A DNA stretch of 64,000 bases. Source: an uncultured Actinomycetes bacterium (GTDB lineage Bacteria > Actinomycetota > UBA4738 > HRBIN12). Position 1 is the first letter of the stretch, and the number at the start of each line of letters is the position of its first letter. The notes below the pieces were generated by a model. It was given only the letters and a program-made list of their open reading frames with translations, was not told the origin of the DNA and did not search any database. Location: NCBI GenBank assembly GCA_963723855.1, contig CAVRSI010000011.1:122181-186180 (forward strand). The letters are read 5' to 3'. Of this stretch, positions 33,301 to 47,100 are shown in pieces. The translations under genes were made by a program, and so were the position numbers.

Positions 33301-34124
33301 AGCATCGTCGGCGCATCGGACAGCCATCGGTCCCAGAGCACGCGCGCCGGGTTGAACACGGGGCCGTCGACGCAGGACCGAAGATGGTCGTAGCCGCTGC
33401 CGTCCTTGCGAGCCACGGGCACGACGCATGTGAAGCAGAGGCCGTACCCGCACGCCATCCGCTCCTCGACCGACACCTGGGCCGGGATCTGCCGCTCGCG
33501 GCAGAATCCGGCGATCCGCTCGAGCGTCTTGGTCGACGCTGCCGCGTAGAGCACCTGCACCCCGCATCGATCGGCCATCTCCGGCAACGCGTCGAGGACG
33601 GAGCCACGATCGCCCAGGCTGCCGTCCGACGTGACGATCTGGATCGTCTGCGACAGTCGCTTGCCCTCGATCGGCTTGAAGACCCGCTCCAGCGACTCGC
33701 CGCCGATGATCATGTCGACGCGCTTGTGTCGCGCGATCAGTTCTTGCGCCAGGAAGTAGAGCGATGCCGCGCCGTGCCCTTCCCCGACCAGGAGGCAGTT
33801 CGTGAGGCGCTTGGGGTAGGCGAAGCCCTTCCCCAGCGGTCCGATGACGTCCAGGAACTCGTGCGCGCGCGCCTTCCCGAGCCACTCCGTTCCCGGGCCG
33901 CTCGGATCGACGACGAACTCGAGCGTCCCCGCCCAACCGCCGCGTCGCGACGCCTGATGCACCGCGAAATGCCGGCGCAGCAGGAACTCGCGTCCCTCCG
34001 GCATCTGGATCGCCAAGAACTGACCCGGCCGCGCGCGCTCCGCGATCTCGGGCGCGACGAGCGTGATGGAGTGGTACGCGCCGAGCTTGCGCGTGGACAG
34101 GATCTCTGCGCGAACGCGTTTCAT
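33252..34124 (-). CDS. pyrK: Dihydroorotate dehydrogenase electron-transfer subunit (PyrK-like, FAD/NAD-binding with 2Fe-2S cysteines)
   Basis: Starts [29 protein letters not shown] and carries a C-terminal CGYGLCFTC cluster motif. Confidence 0.82.
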   Translation of the reverse strand: MKRVRAEILSTRKLGAYHSITLVAPEIAERARPGQFLAIQMPEGREFLLRRHFAVHQASRRGGWAGTLEFVVDPSGPGTEWLGKARAHEFLDVIGPLGKGFAYPKRLTNCLLVGEGHGAASLYFLAQELIARHKRVDMIIGGESLERVFKPIEGKRLSQTIQIVTSDGSLGDRGSVLDALPEMADRCGVQVLYAAASTKTLERIAGFCRERQIPAQVSVEERMACGYGLCFTCVVPVARKDGSGYDHLRSCVDGPVFNPARVLWDRWLSDAPTMLPTPPEGLPVVRSWPG

Positions 34125-37100
34125 CCGGCCTCGCCCGCCACCGACGCCGCCGCCTCCGCGAACGAGAGACGCGACTGCGACGCGCCCCCGCTCGCGGTTG
34201 CGTGGTGCTCCTGGATCGAGCGCGGTTCGCTCGGTCCACCTCGGAGCGCCTCGATGCCGCGAACGGCCGCGAACACGCCCGGCAGGGTGGTGATGCACGG
34301 TACCCCGGCCGTCGCGGTCGCCGTTCGGATGTAATAGCCGTCGCTCCGCGGACCGCGACCGAACGGCGTGTTGATCACGAGGTCCACCTTCCCACCGCGG
34401 ATCAGGTCCGCCACGTTGTGGGGTCCCTCGGACACCTTCGCGACCCGCTCCACGACGATGCCGGCTCGCTCCAGCACGCCGGCGGTGCCGCTCGTCGCGA
34501 CCAAGCGGAAGCCGAGATCGGCCAGCCGTTTCGCCGGGAAGACGATCGCCCGTTTGTCGCGGTTGGCCACCGACACGAACACGGTGCCACTCGTCGGAAG
34601 GCCGGCGCCGGTCGACACGAGCGCCTTCGCGAGCGCCATCCCGGGATCCCTGTCGATCCCCATGACCTCGCCGGTCGACTTCATCTCCGGCCCCAAGACC
34701 GTATCGACGCCGGGGAACCGGCCGAACGGCAGGACCGCCGCCTTCACCGCGGTGTACGGGAGATGCCGGTAGTGATGGGGGTCCGCCGGCAGCACGCCGT
34801 CGGCCGCAAGCTCCGCGAGCGTCCGGCCAGTGAGCACGAGCGTGGCGATCCGCGCGAGCGAGACGCCGATCGCCTTCGCGACGAACGGCACCGTACGGGA
34901 GGCGCGCGGGTTCGCCTCGAGGACCCATATCCGCTCGTCCTTGACCGCGAGCTGCAGGTTCAGCACCCCCTGGACGCCCAAGCGGCGCGCGAGACGACGG
35001 GTGATGTCTTCGATCTCGTCGAGCTCGTCGTCCGAGAGCGTGGCCGGAGGGATCTGGCACGACGAGTCGCCGGAGTGCACGCCTGCCTCTTCGATGTGCT
35101 CCATCACGGCGCCGATGAACACGTCGGCGCCGTCGCACACCGCGTCGACGTCGACCTCGATCGCGCCCTCGAGGAACCGGTCGATGAGGACCGGATGATC
35201 GGGCGAGGCCTCAGCGGCCGTCCTGACGAACGTCTCCAGGTCGTCGGCGTCGTAGACGATCTCCATCGCCCGTCCACCCAGGACGTAGGACGGCCGGACG
35301 ACCACCGGGAACCCGATGCGGGCGGCGATCGCCCGTGCCTCCGGCAAGGTCCGCGCCTCGCCGTGCGGCGGCGCGGCGATATCCAGCTCGGCGAGGAGCT
35401 CAGCGAACTTGCCGCGATCCTCGGCGAGGTCGATCGCCTCGGGACGCGTGCCCAGCACGGTGAACCCTTCCTCCTCGAGCGTGCGCGCCAACCTGAGCGG
35501 GGTTTGACCGCCGAACTGCACGATCACACCCACCGGCCGCTCCGCGTGGCAGACCGCGAGGACGTCCTCCGCGGTGACGGGTTCGAAGTACAACCGGCTC
35601 GACGTGTCGTAGTCGGTCGAGACGGTCTCGGGGTTGCTGTTGACCATGACCGACTCGAACCCGGCCTCCTCCAACGCGAACGCCGCGTGCACGCACGCGT
35701 AGTCGAACTCGATGCCCTGGCCGATCCGGTTCGGACCCGACCCCAGGATCACCACGCGCGGTCTCGACGAGGGAAGGACCTCGGTCTCCTCTTCGTACGT
35801 GGAGTAGTGGTACGGCGTGCGCGCCGCGAACTCGCCGGCGCACGTGTCGACGGTCTTGAAGACGGGAGCCACCCCGAGCGCCTCGCGATGACGTCGCACC
35901 GATGCATCGGTCGCGTCCGTCAGGTCCGCGATCCGCGGATCGGAAAGGCCCAAGCGCTTCGCCGCTCGCAGCTCGTCGGCGCCGAGGGTGGACAGCGGAC
36001 GGCCGCGGAGCGCGCTCGCGCCCTCGACCACCTGCGCGATCTGATCCACGAACCACGGATCGATCGACGAGACCTCTGCCACTTCATCGACCGTGTGACC
36101 CGCCAGCAACGCGGCCTCCACGAGGAGCAGCCGGCCCTCGGTGGCGGTCGCGACCGCCGCCAACGGTCCGGGAGTCGTCGCACCCAGATCGAAGCCGCCT
36201 TTCTCCAGACCACGCCACGCCTTGCCGAGCGCCTCTTTGAACGTGCGGCCGATCGCCATCACCTCGCCCGACCGACTTCATGGTCGACGTGAGCTCGGGG
36301 TCGGCTCCCGGGAACTTCTCGAACGCGAACCGCGGGATCTTCACGACCACGTAGTCGAGCGTCGGCTCGAACGCCGCCGGCGTCTCCCCGGTGATGTCGT
36401 TCGCGATCTCGTCCAGCCGGTAGCCGACCGCCAACAGCGCGGCGATCTTCGCGATCGGGAACCCGGTGGCCTTCGAGGCGAGCGCCGACGACCGGGACAC
36501 GCGCGGGTTCATCTCGATGAGGACCATGCGCCCGTCACGCGGGTGCACGGCGAACTGGACGTTGGAGCCGCCGGTCTCGACGCCGATCGCGCGGATGCAT
36601 CGGAGCGCCGCGTCCCGCATGAGCTGGTACTCCACGTCCGTCAGCGTCTGCACGGGAGCCACGGTGACGGAGTCGCCCGTGTGCACGCCCATCGGGTCGA
36701 CGTTCTCGATCGAGCAGATGATCACGCCGTTGTCGTCGCCGTCCCGCATGACCTCCAGCTCGAACTCCTTCCAGCCGGCGATCGACTCCTCGACCAAGAT
36801 CTCGCCGACCGGGGAGATCTCCAGGCTCCGCCGCGCCAGGTCCCCGAGCTCCTCGCGCGTGTGCGCGAACCCACTGCCGCCGCCCCCGAGCGTGAACGAC
36901 GGCCGGACGATCACCGGATAGCCGATCGCGTCGCCGAGCGCCAGCGCCTCGTCGAGGGTGTGCGCCACCTCCGCCCGCGGCACCTCGAGTCCGGCCTCGA
37001 GCATGGTCCGCTTGAACCCGCTGCGATCCTCGGCACGGTGGATCGCCTCCAGGCTCGCGCCGATCAGGCGGATCCCCAAGCGGTCCAGGTCGCCGGACTC

Positions 37101-37409
37101 GGCCAGCGCGACGGCGACGTTCAATCCCGTCTGACCACCGAGCGTCGGCAACAACGCATCCGGGCGCTCGCGCTCGAGCACGGCGAGCACGGATGCGGGA
37201 TCGAGCGGTTCGATGTACGTCCGGTCGGCGAACTGCGGGTCGGTCATGATCGTCGCGGGGTTGGAGTTCACCAGCGACACGTGGAACCCCTCGCGCCGAA
37301 GCACCTTGCACGCCTGGGTGCCCGAGTAGTCGAACTCGCACGCCTGCCCGATCACGATCGGCCCCGAGCCGATCACCATGATCGACCGGATGTCGGCGCG
37401 TCGCGGCAT
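34121..37409 (-). CDS. carB: Carbamoyl-phosphate synthase large subunit; apparent frameshift near 36268
   Basis: The N-terminal ~448 aa ([30 protein letters not shown]...) is in the 36084..37940 frame. The remaining ~713 aa ([11 protein letters not shown]... through the MGS-like domain) is in the 34121..36262 frame. The junction is KSVG|EVMAIGRTF, where an extra G in a GGG run breaks the frame. Confidence 0.93.
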
Positions 37410-38557
37410 CAGCTGTGCTCCATGAGATCGCGGAAGTCCTGGAACAGGTAGCGCGAATCGTGCGGTCCGGGCGCCGCCTCGGGGTGGTACTGCACCGAGA
37501 ACGCCGGGACGTCGACGCAGCGGAGCCCTTCGAGCGTGCCGTCGTTCAGGTTCCAGTGGGTGAGCTCCGCGTCGCCGTAGTCGGTCGCCGCCACCGGGAT
37601 CGCGCCTTCGGTGCGCGCCCATCCCTGCGGGTCGACGGCGAAGCCGTGGTTGTGACTGGTGATCTCCACGACGCCGGTCCGCAGGTTCTTCACCGGCTGG
37701 TTCACACCGCGATGGCCGAACCGCATCTTGAAGGTCCTTCCACCGAGGGCCAGCGCGAGCAGCTGGTGGCCGAGGCAGATCCCGAAGATCGGCACCTTGC
37801 CGATGAGGCCCCGGACGGCGGCGATGCCGTAGGACGTGACCGCGGGGTCGCCGGGCCCGTTCGACAGGAACACCCCGTCGAAGCCCCCGGCGGCGATCTC
37901 CGCGGCCGGGGTCTCCGCCGGGAACACGGTGGTCTCGCAACCGGTGGCGGCCAGCCGTCGCAGGATGTTGCGCTTCATGCCGTAGTCGTAGGCGGCGACC
38001 CGGTACACGGCGCCGTGCGAGCGGTCCACCGGGCCAGCGAGCGTCGCGGCCTCATACGGCTGGGCGGCCGACACCGTCCGCGCGAGATCGGCACCCTCCA
38101 TCCCCGGCGAGTCCTGGACCCGTTGCACCAGTGAGGCGGCGTCCACGTCGATCGTCGAGATCGCGGCGCGCATCGCCCCGTGTTCGCGGAGCCGGAGCGT
38201 GAGCCGTCGGGTGTCGATCCCCTCGATCCCTACCACGTTCGCGGTGGACAGCTCGTCGGCGAGGCTGCCGTCGGCTCGCCAGCTGGAGGCCCGGCGCGAC
38301 GCCTCCCGCACGACGAACCCCGACACCTGCACCCGGACCGACTCGGCGTCCTCGCGGTTGACGCCGTAGTTCCCTTGCTGCGGGGCGGTCATCGCCACGA
38401 TCTGTCCTGCGTACGACGGATCGGTCAGCACCTCCTGGTACCCGGCCATCCCGGTGTTGAAGACGGCCTCGCCGAACGCCTCCCCGTCCGCCCCGAACCC
38501 CGTTCCGGAGAAGACCGTGCCGTCCTCCAGGGCGAGGAGCGCCGGCGGTCCGGTCAT
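37409..38557 (-). CDS. carA: Carbamoyl-phosphate synthase small subunit (glutamine amidotransferase)
   Basis: About 382 aa starting [18 protein letters not shown], with the GATase triad region [10 protein letters not shown]. It is the downstream part of an 815-aa composite ORF in the track. Confidence 0.93.
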   Translation of the reverse strand: MTGPPALLALEDGTVFSGTGFGADGEAFGEAVFNTGMAGYQEVLTDPSYAGQIVAMTAPQQGNYGVNREDAESVRVQVSGFVVREASRRASSWRADGSLADELSTANVVGIEGIDTRRLTLRLREHGAMRAAISTIDVDAASLVQRVQDSPGMEGADLARTVSAAQPYEAATLAGPVDRSHGAVYRVAAYDYGMKRNILRRLAATGCETTVFPAETPAAEIAAGGFDGVFLSNGPGDPAVTSYGIAAVRGLIGKVPIFGICLGHQLLALALGGRTFKMRFGHRGVNQPVKNLRTGVVEITSHNHGFAVDPQGWARTEGAIPVAATDYGDAELTHWNLNDGTLEGLRCVDVPAFSVQYHPEAAPGPHDSRYLFQDFRDLMEHS

Positions 38558-39852
38558 CTGGTGGCCTTCCCGTTCGTCACGGTCAGCTCGCCCCGCAACA
38601 TCGTGTGGACGACCCTGCCGCGCACCGTCCTGCCGAGGAACGCCGAGTTCCGGCTCTTCGACACGAAGGGCGCCTCCACGACCCACTCGACCCGTGGGTC
38701 GAACACCACGAGGTTGGCGGGCCGGCCCGGCTCGATCGGCCCGCCGTGCTCGGCCGCCCCAAGGATGCGAGCCGGCGTCGTCGACAACGCCTCGAGCGCG
38801 CGGGACATGGTCAGGATGCCCGGCTCGACGAGCTCCGTGAGGACGGCCGCGAGCGCCGTTTCCAGTCCGATCGTTCCGGGCGGCGACTGATCGAACTCGG
38901 CCTCCTTCTCCTCGACCGCGTGGGGCGCGTGGTCCGTCGCGATCGCGTCGATGGTCCCGTCGGCCACGCCCGCGCGGAGCGCGTCGCGATCCTCGGGGCT
39001 CCGGAGCGGCGGGTTCACCTTGAGGTTCGTGTCGTAGGTGACGAGGTCGTCGTCGGTGAACACCAGATGGTGCGGGGTCACCTCGGCGGTCACACGGATA
39101 CCCTCGGCCTTGGCGCGACGCACCAGCTCGACGGAGCGGGCCGACGACAGGTGGCAGACGTGGAGCCGCGTGCCGGTCATCCGCGCGATCGCGAGGTCCC
39201 GGGCGACGATCGACTTCCTCCGCCTCGGCGGGCTGGCCCCGCAGCCCCAAGGAGTAGGAGTGGAAGCCCTCGTGCATCTGGCCGTTCTCGGCGAGCGACG
39301 CGTCCTCGCAATGCTCGGCGATGACCACGTCGTCGAACGCCTTCGCGTAGACGAGCGCGTTGCGCAGGAGGCGCGCCGTGGGCACGCATCTCCCGTCGTC
39401 GCTGAACATCCGAACTCCCGCCTCGACCATCTCGCCGATCTCCGCGAGCGACTCGCCGTCGAGGCCCTTCGTGATCGCGCCCACCGGGAACACGTCGCAG
39501 AGGCCCGCGGCCGCGGCCAGGTCCCGGACCTCATGGACGACGCCCGCGTGATCGGCGACCGGTTCCGTGTTGGCCATCGGCGCGACCGCCGTGTACCCGC
39601 CGATCGCGGCCGCCCGCGTGCCGGTCTCGATCGTCTCCTTGTGCTCGAACCCCGGCTCCCGCAGATGCGTGTGCATGTCGACCAGGCCCGGGGACACGAT
39701 GAGTCCGGCGCAGTCGATGACCTCTGCGTCGCCCGCCTCGAGGGCACCCTCTCCGATCGCGGCCACCCACCCGCCCTCGACGAGGACGTCCCCGACGACA
39801 TCCACGTCGGCTGCCGGGTCGACGATCCTGCCGCCCCGCAGGATCAGTGCGG

Positions 39853-39856
<4 letters not shown>
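38554..39856 (-). CDS. pyrC: Dihydroorotase; apparent frameshift near 39222
   Basis: The N-terminus [14 protein letters not shown]...[10 protein letters not shown]... is in one frame up to ...GQPAEAEEV. The continuation [22 protein letters not shown]...DHAPH... is in the 38554..39801 frame. Deleting one base restores the frame. Confidence 0.9.
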
Positions 39857-41400
<1,544 letters not shown>

Positions 41401-41549
41401 TAAAGGGTGGTTCCTCGTGACCGCAGCATAGCAACTCGATCCGGCGCCCGACAGCATCGGCCAGCGCCTATCGGCGGCGGTATCCGTGCCTGTGGGCGTA
41501 GACTAGGGTGTGTCGACAGACACCTCCGAGCTGAAAGGCGGTCTGCCAG

Positions 41550-41816
41550 ATGGAATGGGGCATCGTCGCGGTGATCGCGGTCGCCGTCATCTTCGGCGTC
41601 AACAAGTTGCCGGACATCGCGCGCAACTTCGGGCGCGCCCAGGGTGAGTTCAAGAAGGGCCTGAAGGAAGGCGCCGTGGACGACGACGGCGGAGTCCACC
41701 GAGCCGAAGAGCGAGTCCTAGTCCGCTCCGGCGTCCACCTGGGTCTGCGGTCCGGTTCCCGGGCGACCCAGCTCCCGGGCGATCCGCCCGAGGATCCCGT
41801 TCACGTACCGTCGTGA
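41550..41816 (+). CDS. tatA: Twin-arginine translocase protein TatA/E
   Basis: Starts MEWGIVAVIAVAVIFGVNKLPDIARNFGRAQGEFKKG. The 3' end is uncertain because the ORF overlaps the convergent nusB by about 100 nt. Confidence 0.7.
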   Translation: MEWGIVAVIAVAVIFGVNKLPDIARNFGRAQGEFKKGLKEGAVDDDGGVHRAEERVLVRSGVHLGLRSGSRATQLPGDPPEDPVHVPS

Positions 41817-42163
41817 CTCGTCGGACGACAGCTCCGTCGCCGCCTCCACCGCCTCGCTGATCGCGACCGACGTGGGGATGTCGGGCCGGTGCATCAGCTC
41901 GAAGACGGCCACACGCATGATGGTTCGGTCGAGGGTCGCCATGCGCGCCACGGTCCAGCCCTCGGAGTGCTCCTCCAGCAAGGGGTCGATCTCCGAGAGA
42001 TGGTCCTGCACGCCCCGCACGAGCTCCTCGGCGAACGGCGACACCGAGCGGCCGGCCTCCCGCCAATCGGCGAGCACCGCGTCCCCCGGCGTCTCGGTGA
42101 TGTCGGACTGGTACAGGATGTCGAGCGCGGTTCGCCTGGCCTCGCGCCGGTTGGTCACGCCTT
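41718..42163 (-). CDS. nusB: Transcription antitermination factor NusB
   Basis: About 148 aa from a GTG start ([19 protein letters not shown]...). The GTG overlaps the efp stop (GTGA). Confidence 0.85.
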
Positions 42164-42722
42164 CACGCGCTCGATGTACTCGCCCGTCCGCGTGTCGACC
42201 TTGATCTTCTCGCCCTCCTCCACGAAGAGCGGCACCTGCACGACGATCCCGGTCTCGAGCTTCGCCGGCTTGTAGGCGCCGGTCCGCGTGTCGCCCTTCA
42301 CGCCCGGGTCCGTCTCGGTGATCGGTGAGGACCATCGAGGCCGGCAGGTCGACGCCGATGGGCACGCCCTCGTGCACGGTCACCTGCGCCTGGCCGCCCT
42401 CCACGAGGTAGCCGCCGGCGTCGCCCACGAGCGCTCCCGGAACGTGGATCTGGTCGTACGTCTCGAGATCCATGAACACGTAGTCCTCGCCGTCGCCGTA
42501 GAGGTACTGCATGTCCTTGCGCTCGACGATGGCCAGGCCGACCTTCACCCCGGCGTTGAACGTCTTCTCCGCGACGGCCCCCGTCTTCAGGTTCCGCAGC
42601 TTCGTCCGCACGAAGGCGCCGCCCTTCCCGGGCTTCACGTGCTGGAACTCGATCACCTGGAAGAGCGTGCCGTCCAGCTCGAGGGTCATCCCGTTCTTCA
42701 GTTCGTTCGTGGAAACACTCAC
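42160..42722 (-). CDS. efp: Elongation factor P; apparent +1 frameshift near 42318
   Basis: The N-terminus [48 protein letters not shown]... is in frame until ...SMVLT. The C-terminus [55 protein letters not shown] is in the adjacent frame. An extra base lies in ACCGATCACC. Confidence 0.9.
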
Positions 42723-42737
42723 CGACGTCTCGCTCCC

Positions 42738-43801
42738 CTACAGCTCGATCAGTTCGCGGATGGACGTCCCGATGACGCGACACCCGTCGTCGCCGACCTC
42801 CACCATGTCCTCGATCCGCACGCCGCCCAAGCCCGGCACGTAGATGCCCGGCTCCACGGTCATGACCGCCCCGACCGGAAGGACGTCCTCGCCGTCGCGC
42901 CGGAAGTTCGGTCCCTCGTGGATGTCCAGCCCGACGCCGTGACCCAGCCCGTGGGTGAAGAACGAGCCGTATCCGGCGTCGTCGATGACGCCCCGAGCGA
43001 CGGCGTCGATCTGACCGCCGGTCGTGCCTGCGTGCGTGGCGTCGATCGCCGCCTGCTGCGCCTGGCGCACCACATCGTGGATCTTCCGAAGCTCCGCCGG
43101 CGGTGAGCCGAACGCGATGGTGCGGGTCATGTCGGCGTGGTAGCCGCCGCACAGCCCCGCGAAGTCCATCTTGATCACGTCGCCCTCCTCCAGCACCCGG
43201 TGGGTGGGGTGATGATGCGGCTCCGCGGACTGCTCACCGAACGCCACGATCGATTCGAACGACAGCCCGTCGGCCCCGGCTCGACGGAGCGCGTGCTCCA
43301 GCTCCAGGGCGACCTGGCGTTCGGTCATCCCGACCGCGAGCGTCTCGAGGATCTCCTCGAACGCGGCGTCGGTGCACGACTGCGCCTCGTCGAGCAGCGC
43401 GATCTCCTCCGCGTCCTTCACCCACCGAAGGCGCTCGACGGCCTCCCCCATCTCGACGAACTCGACGTCGGGGGCCTTGTCCTGCAGCTTCCGGAGCTCG
43501 CTCACCGTCACCTCGTGCGGTTCGAACCCCAGCCTGCCGATGCCGAGCGCGACGACACGCATCCGCGAGCGGCTCGGTCGAACCCGTCCAGGTACGTCAC
43601 ACGCTCCATATCCGGCACTTCATGACGTGACTGCTCGGTGTACCGCCCGTCGGTGAAGAAGAGACCCGCTGCCGGTGTCACGATCGTCTGTGCGTTCGAG
43701 CCGGTGAAGCCCGTCAGGTACCGGACGTTCGTCAACCGCGTCACGAGCATGGCGTCGACCGCCTGCTCCTCGATCGCGGGGATCAGTGCGTCGCGCCTCA
43801 C
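42738..43801 (-). CDS. Xaa-Pro aminopeptidase (M24B family); apparent frameshift near 43560
   Basis: The N-terminal creatinase-like domain (GTG start; ...AMLVTRLTNVRYLTGFTGSNAQ...FFTDGRYTEQ) is in the 43508..44668 frame. The catalytic domain with metal ligands (HGLGHGVGLDIHE..., E...E) is in the 42738..43562 frame. Confidence 0.85.
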
Positions 43802-44232
43802 TCGGTGATCCACGGCATCGCCTCCAGAGCCAGATGATAGCCACCGGCCCCGAGGCCGATGATGGACGCGCGGCAGACGCCGGCGACGACCGACGTCCGA
43901 CGGAACTCTTCCCGCGCATGGATGTTCGTCATGTGCACCTCCAGGACCGGGATCCCGCAGGCCTCGATCGCATCTCGGAGCGCGTAGGAGTAGTGGGTCA
44001 GGGCCCCGGGATTCACGACGATCGCGTCGATCCCGTCGGCGCGCGCGCCATGGAACCACCCGACGAGCTCGCCCTCGTGATCGGACTGGCGCCATGAGAC
44101 GTCGTGCTCCATCTCGCGCCCCCGATCCGTCACCGCGCCCATGATCTGCGCCAACGTCTGGGTGCCGTACGTCTCGGGCTCCCGGGTCCCGAGCGCACCG
44201 AGGTTCGGGCCGAACAGATAGAGGATCTTCAT
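43798..44232 (-). CDS. aroQ: 3-dehydroquinate dehydratase, type II
   Basis: 144 aa starting MKILYLFGPNLG, typical type II DHQase. Confidence 0.95.
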   Translation of the reverse strand: MKILYLFGPNLGALGTREPETYGTQTLAQIMGAVTDRGREMEHDVSWRQSDHEGELVGWFHGARADGIDAIVVNPGALTHYSYALRDAIEACGIPVLEVHMTNIHAREEFRRTSVVAGVCRASIIGLGAGGYHLALEAMPWITE

Positions 44233-44259
44233 GCGCCCGCTCCCATGTCGTTGAGCACC

Positions 44260-45310
44260 TTACGAGCCTCGTCGTCGGTGACGTCGTCGACCACGATCGG
44301 ACGTCCGATGTCTTGCAGGAGGACGAAGCGAACACCACCGCGGATACTTCTTGTCGAGCCTGAAGGCCGAGAGGATGTCGTCGGGGTCCGGAAGCGATCC
44401 GTCCGTCTCCAGCCCGAACGAGGCGAGCAGCCTCCCGGTGCGTGCGGCCAGGCCGTCGGGCGCCACGTCGCGGGCCTCCGCCAGCCGCGCCGCGAACACC
44501 ATGCCGACGGACACGGCCTCGCCGTGGGAACGGCCCGCGAACGCGTCCAGCCGCTCCAACGCGTGCCCGAGCGTGTGTCCGTAGTTGAGGATCAGGCGCC
44601 GACCGTCGTCCCGCTCGTCCTCTGCCACGATCTGGGCCTTCGCGGCGACGCAGCGAGCCACGATCCACTCGAGGGTCGCCGGGTCCCGCGCCAACACCGC
44701 CCCCGGGTCGCGCTCCAGCACGTCCAGGAGCCCACCGTCGAGGATCAGGGCGTACTTCACGACCTCCGACAGGCCGGAGCGGAACTCTCGCTCGCCGAGG
44801 GTTGCCAACGTGTCCACGTCGGCGACGACGAGCCGAGGTTGCGCGAACGCCCCTACGAGGTTCTTGCCCTCCGGAAGGTTGACGGCCGCCTTCCCGCCGA
44901 TCGCGGCGTCGACCTGTGCGAGCAGCGTGGTCGGCACCTGGACGAACGGGACGCCCCGCATGTACGTCGACGCGACGAACCCGGCGAGATCGCCGACCGC
45001 TCCCCCTCCCAGCGCGATCACGGGATCGTCACGATGGGCCTCCTGGGTCGCGAGCTGGTGCAGCAACGTCTCGTACACGCGCAGGGTCTTCGCGTCCTCG
45101 CCCGCGGGAACGACCAAGGGAACCGTGGCGAGGCCCGCCTCGCTCAGGGACGCCGCGAGCGGCTCCAGCCATCGAGCCGACACCGTGCCGTCGGCGACGA
45201 CGAACGCGGTGGAGGCGCCCGGGCAGCTCGGGGAGCAAGGAGCCGACCGACGCGATCGTGCCCGAGCCGACGCAGACGTCGTAGGACCGCCCCGGGATCG
45301 GGACGGTCAC
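44260..45310 (-). CDS. aroB: 3-dehydroquinate synthase; apparent frameshift near 45215 in a CCCGGG run
   Basis: The N-terminal ~32 aa ([31 protein letters not shown]) is in one frame. The remainder ([20 protein letters not shown]...[11 protein letters not shown]...) is in the 44260..45183 frame. Confidence 0.88.
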
Positions 45311-45804
45311 GCGGACCAACGAAGCTCCTCCACGATGGCGTCGGCGACCTCGGCGGGCGAGGCGGTCCCGTCGACCACGTGCGCCGCGAACTCGCGGTAG
45401 AGCGGCTCCCGAGCCGCCAGGAGGCGTTCCAGGTCGCCCTCCGTCCGGATGAGCGGCCGGTCCGCCGCGGGACGCACACGGGACCGGAGATCCTCGAGCG
45501 GCACGTCGAGGAACACCGCCACGCCGGTGTTCCGCAGGGTGATGCGGTTGGCGGGCTCCAGGACGACGCCGCCGCCGCACGCCACCACGGCCGGGTCGTG
45601 CATGCTCGCGTCCGTCAGCGCGGCGGCCTCCCGGGCGCGGAAGGCCGCCTCTCCCTCGGCGGCGAAGATGTCGGCGACGCTCGACCCCGTCTCGCGCTCG
45701 ATCTCCGAGTCGAGGTCGATGAACGGGACGCCCAACCGCCCCGCGAGCTCCTTGCCCACGACCGACTTGCCCGCTCCCGGCATCCCCACCAGGTAGACGA
45801 TCAT
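45307..45804 (-). CDS. aroK: Shikimate kinase
   Basis: About 165 aa starting [22 protein letters not shown]-loop kinase. Confidence 0.9.
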   Translation of the reverse strand: MIVYLVGMPGAGKSVVGKELAGRLGVPFIDLDSEIERETGSSVADIFAAEGEAAFRAREAAALTDASMHDPAVVACGGGVVLEPANRITLRNTGVAVFLDVPLEDLRSRVRPAADRPLIRTEGDLERLLAAREPLYREFAAHVVDGTASPAEVADAIVEELRWSA

Positions 45805-46953
45805 GCGAGCGTCTCCACGTACGCGTCCAGGTTCCGCCGCACCTCGGCCAGCGAGTCCCCGCCGAACTTCTCCACGACGGCGTTCGCGAGCTCGAACGCG
45901 ACGACCGCCTCGCCGACGACCCCTCCGGCCGGCACCGCGCACACGTCCGTCCGCTGCTTGATGGCGACCGCGGCCGCGCCCGTGGCCAGGTCCACGGTGG
46001 CGAGCGGACGGGGAACCGTGGAGAACGGCTTCATGGCGGCGCGCAGGCGGATCGGCTGGCCCGTCGACATGCCGCCCTCGATGCCCCCCGCGCGAGCCGT
46101 CTTGCGCCCGATGCGCCCGTCCCGGACGCACGATCTCGTCGTGGGCGTTCGATCCGGTCCGGCCGGCCGACGCGAACCCGTCGCCCACCTCCACGCCCTT
46201 CACCGACTGGATGCTCATCAGGGCCAGCGCGAGCCGCGCGTCGAGCTTGCGGTCGTAGTGCACGTACGAGCCGAGCCCGGGAGGCGCGCCGTACGCCACC
46301 ACCTCGAAGACCCCGCCGACCGTGTCCTTCGACCGCCGGATCCGATCGATCTCGGCGACCATCCGGTCGGCGGTCGCCTCGTCCGTGCAGCGCACCGGCG
46401 ATGCGTCGATCGCGTCCAGGTCGGCCAGGACCGGGACGCGCGACCGCGCCGGGACCTTCACGCTTCCGATCTGCACGACGTGTGAGAGCACGCCGATCCC
46501 GATCTCCGCGAGGAACGCCTTGCAGCAGGCCCCGACGGCGACCCGCGCGGCCGTCTCGCGCGCGCTCGCCCGCTCCAAGACGTTGCGCACGTCGTCGAAG
46601 CCGTACTTCTGCGTCCCGACCAGGTCCGCATGGCCCGGCCGCGGACGGGTGAGGCGCGCATCCGGATCCTCGGCGCCCTCGACGGCCATCAGGTCCGCGT
46701 ACTTCGCCTCGAACTCCACGTTGGGGATCGTGATGGCGATCGGGGAGCCCAGGCTGGTCCCGTGGCGGACGCCCGTCAAGATCTCGAACCGGTCGGCCTC
46801 GAACCGCTGCCGGCCTCCGCGCCCGTAGCCATGGCGGCGCCTCGCGAGCTCCCCGGCGATCTCCTTGGGAACGATCCCCACACCCGCCGGGAGGCCCTCC
46901 ACGATCGCGACCAGCGCTTTGCCGTGCGATTCGCCGGCCGTGAGCATCCGCAA
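45801..46953 (-). CDS. aroC: Chorismate synthase; apparent frameshift near 46112
   Basis: The N-terminal ~270 aa ([25 protein letters not shown]...) is in the 45307..46965 frame. The C-terminus ([24 protein letters not shown]...DAYVETLA) is in the 45801..46070 frame. One base is missing in CCGGG/ACGGG. Confidence 0.9.
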
Positions 46954-47014
46954 CATGGCGTTCATCTTACGGACCGGCCGAGGCGCCGGATGGGCGGGGG
47001 CGTGGTCTTGATGG

Positions 47015-47050
47015 GGCGGGGGCGGCCCCGAAGAACGAGGCCGCCCCCGC
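47015..47050 (-). terminator. GC-rich stem-loop (GGGGCGGCC-loop-GGCCGCCCC) between the pil MNOP-like operon and aroC
   Basis: There is a perfect 9-bp inverted repeat with no U-tract, so intrinsic termination is uncertain. Confidence 0.35.
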
Positions 47051-47100
47051 GCCGGCGACCGCTCCCCCCGTGGGCGGATCGCCGGGACCCGGAACCCGTC

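Noticed and set aside
41490-41545. TGTCGACA palindrome upstream of tatA as a regulator site
   Set aside because: It is only an 8-bp palindrome that coincides with a common restriction-site-like sequence. The flanks do not extend the symmetry.
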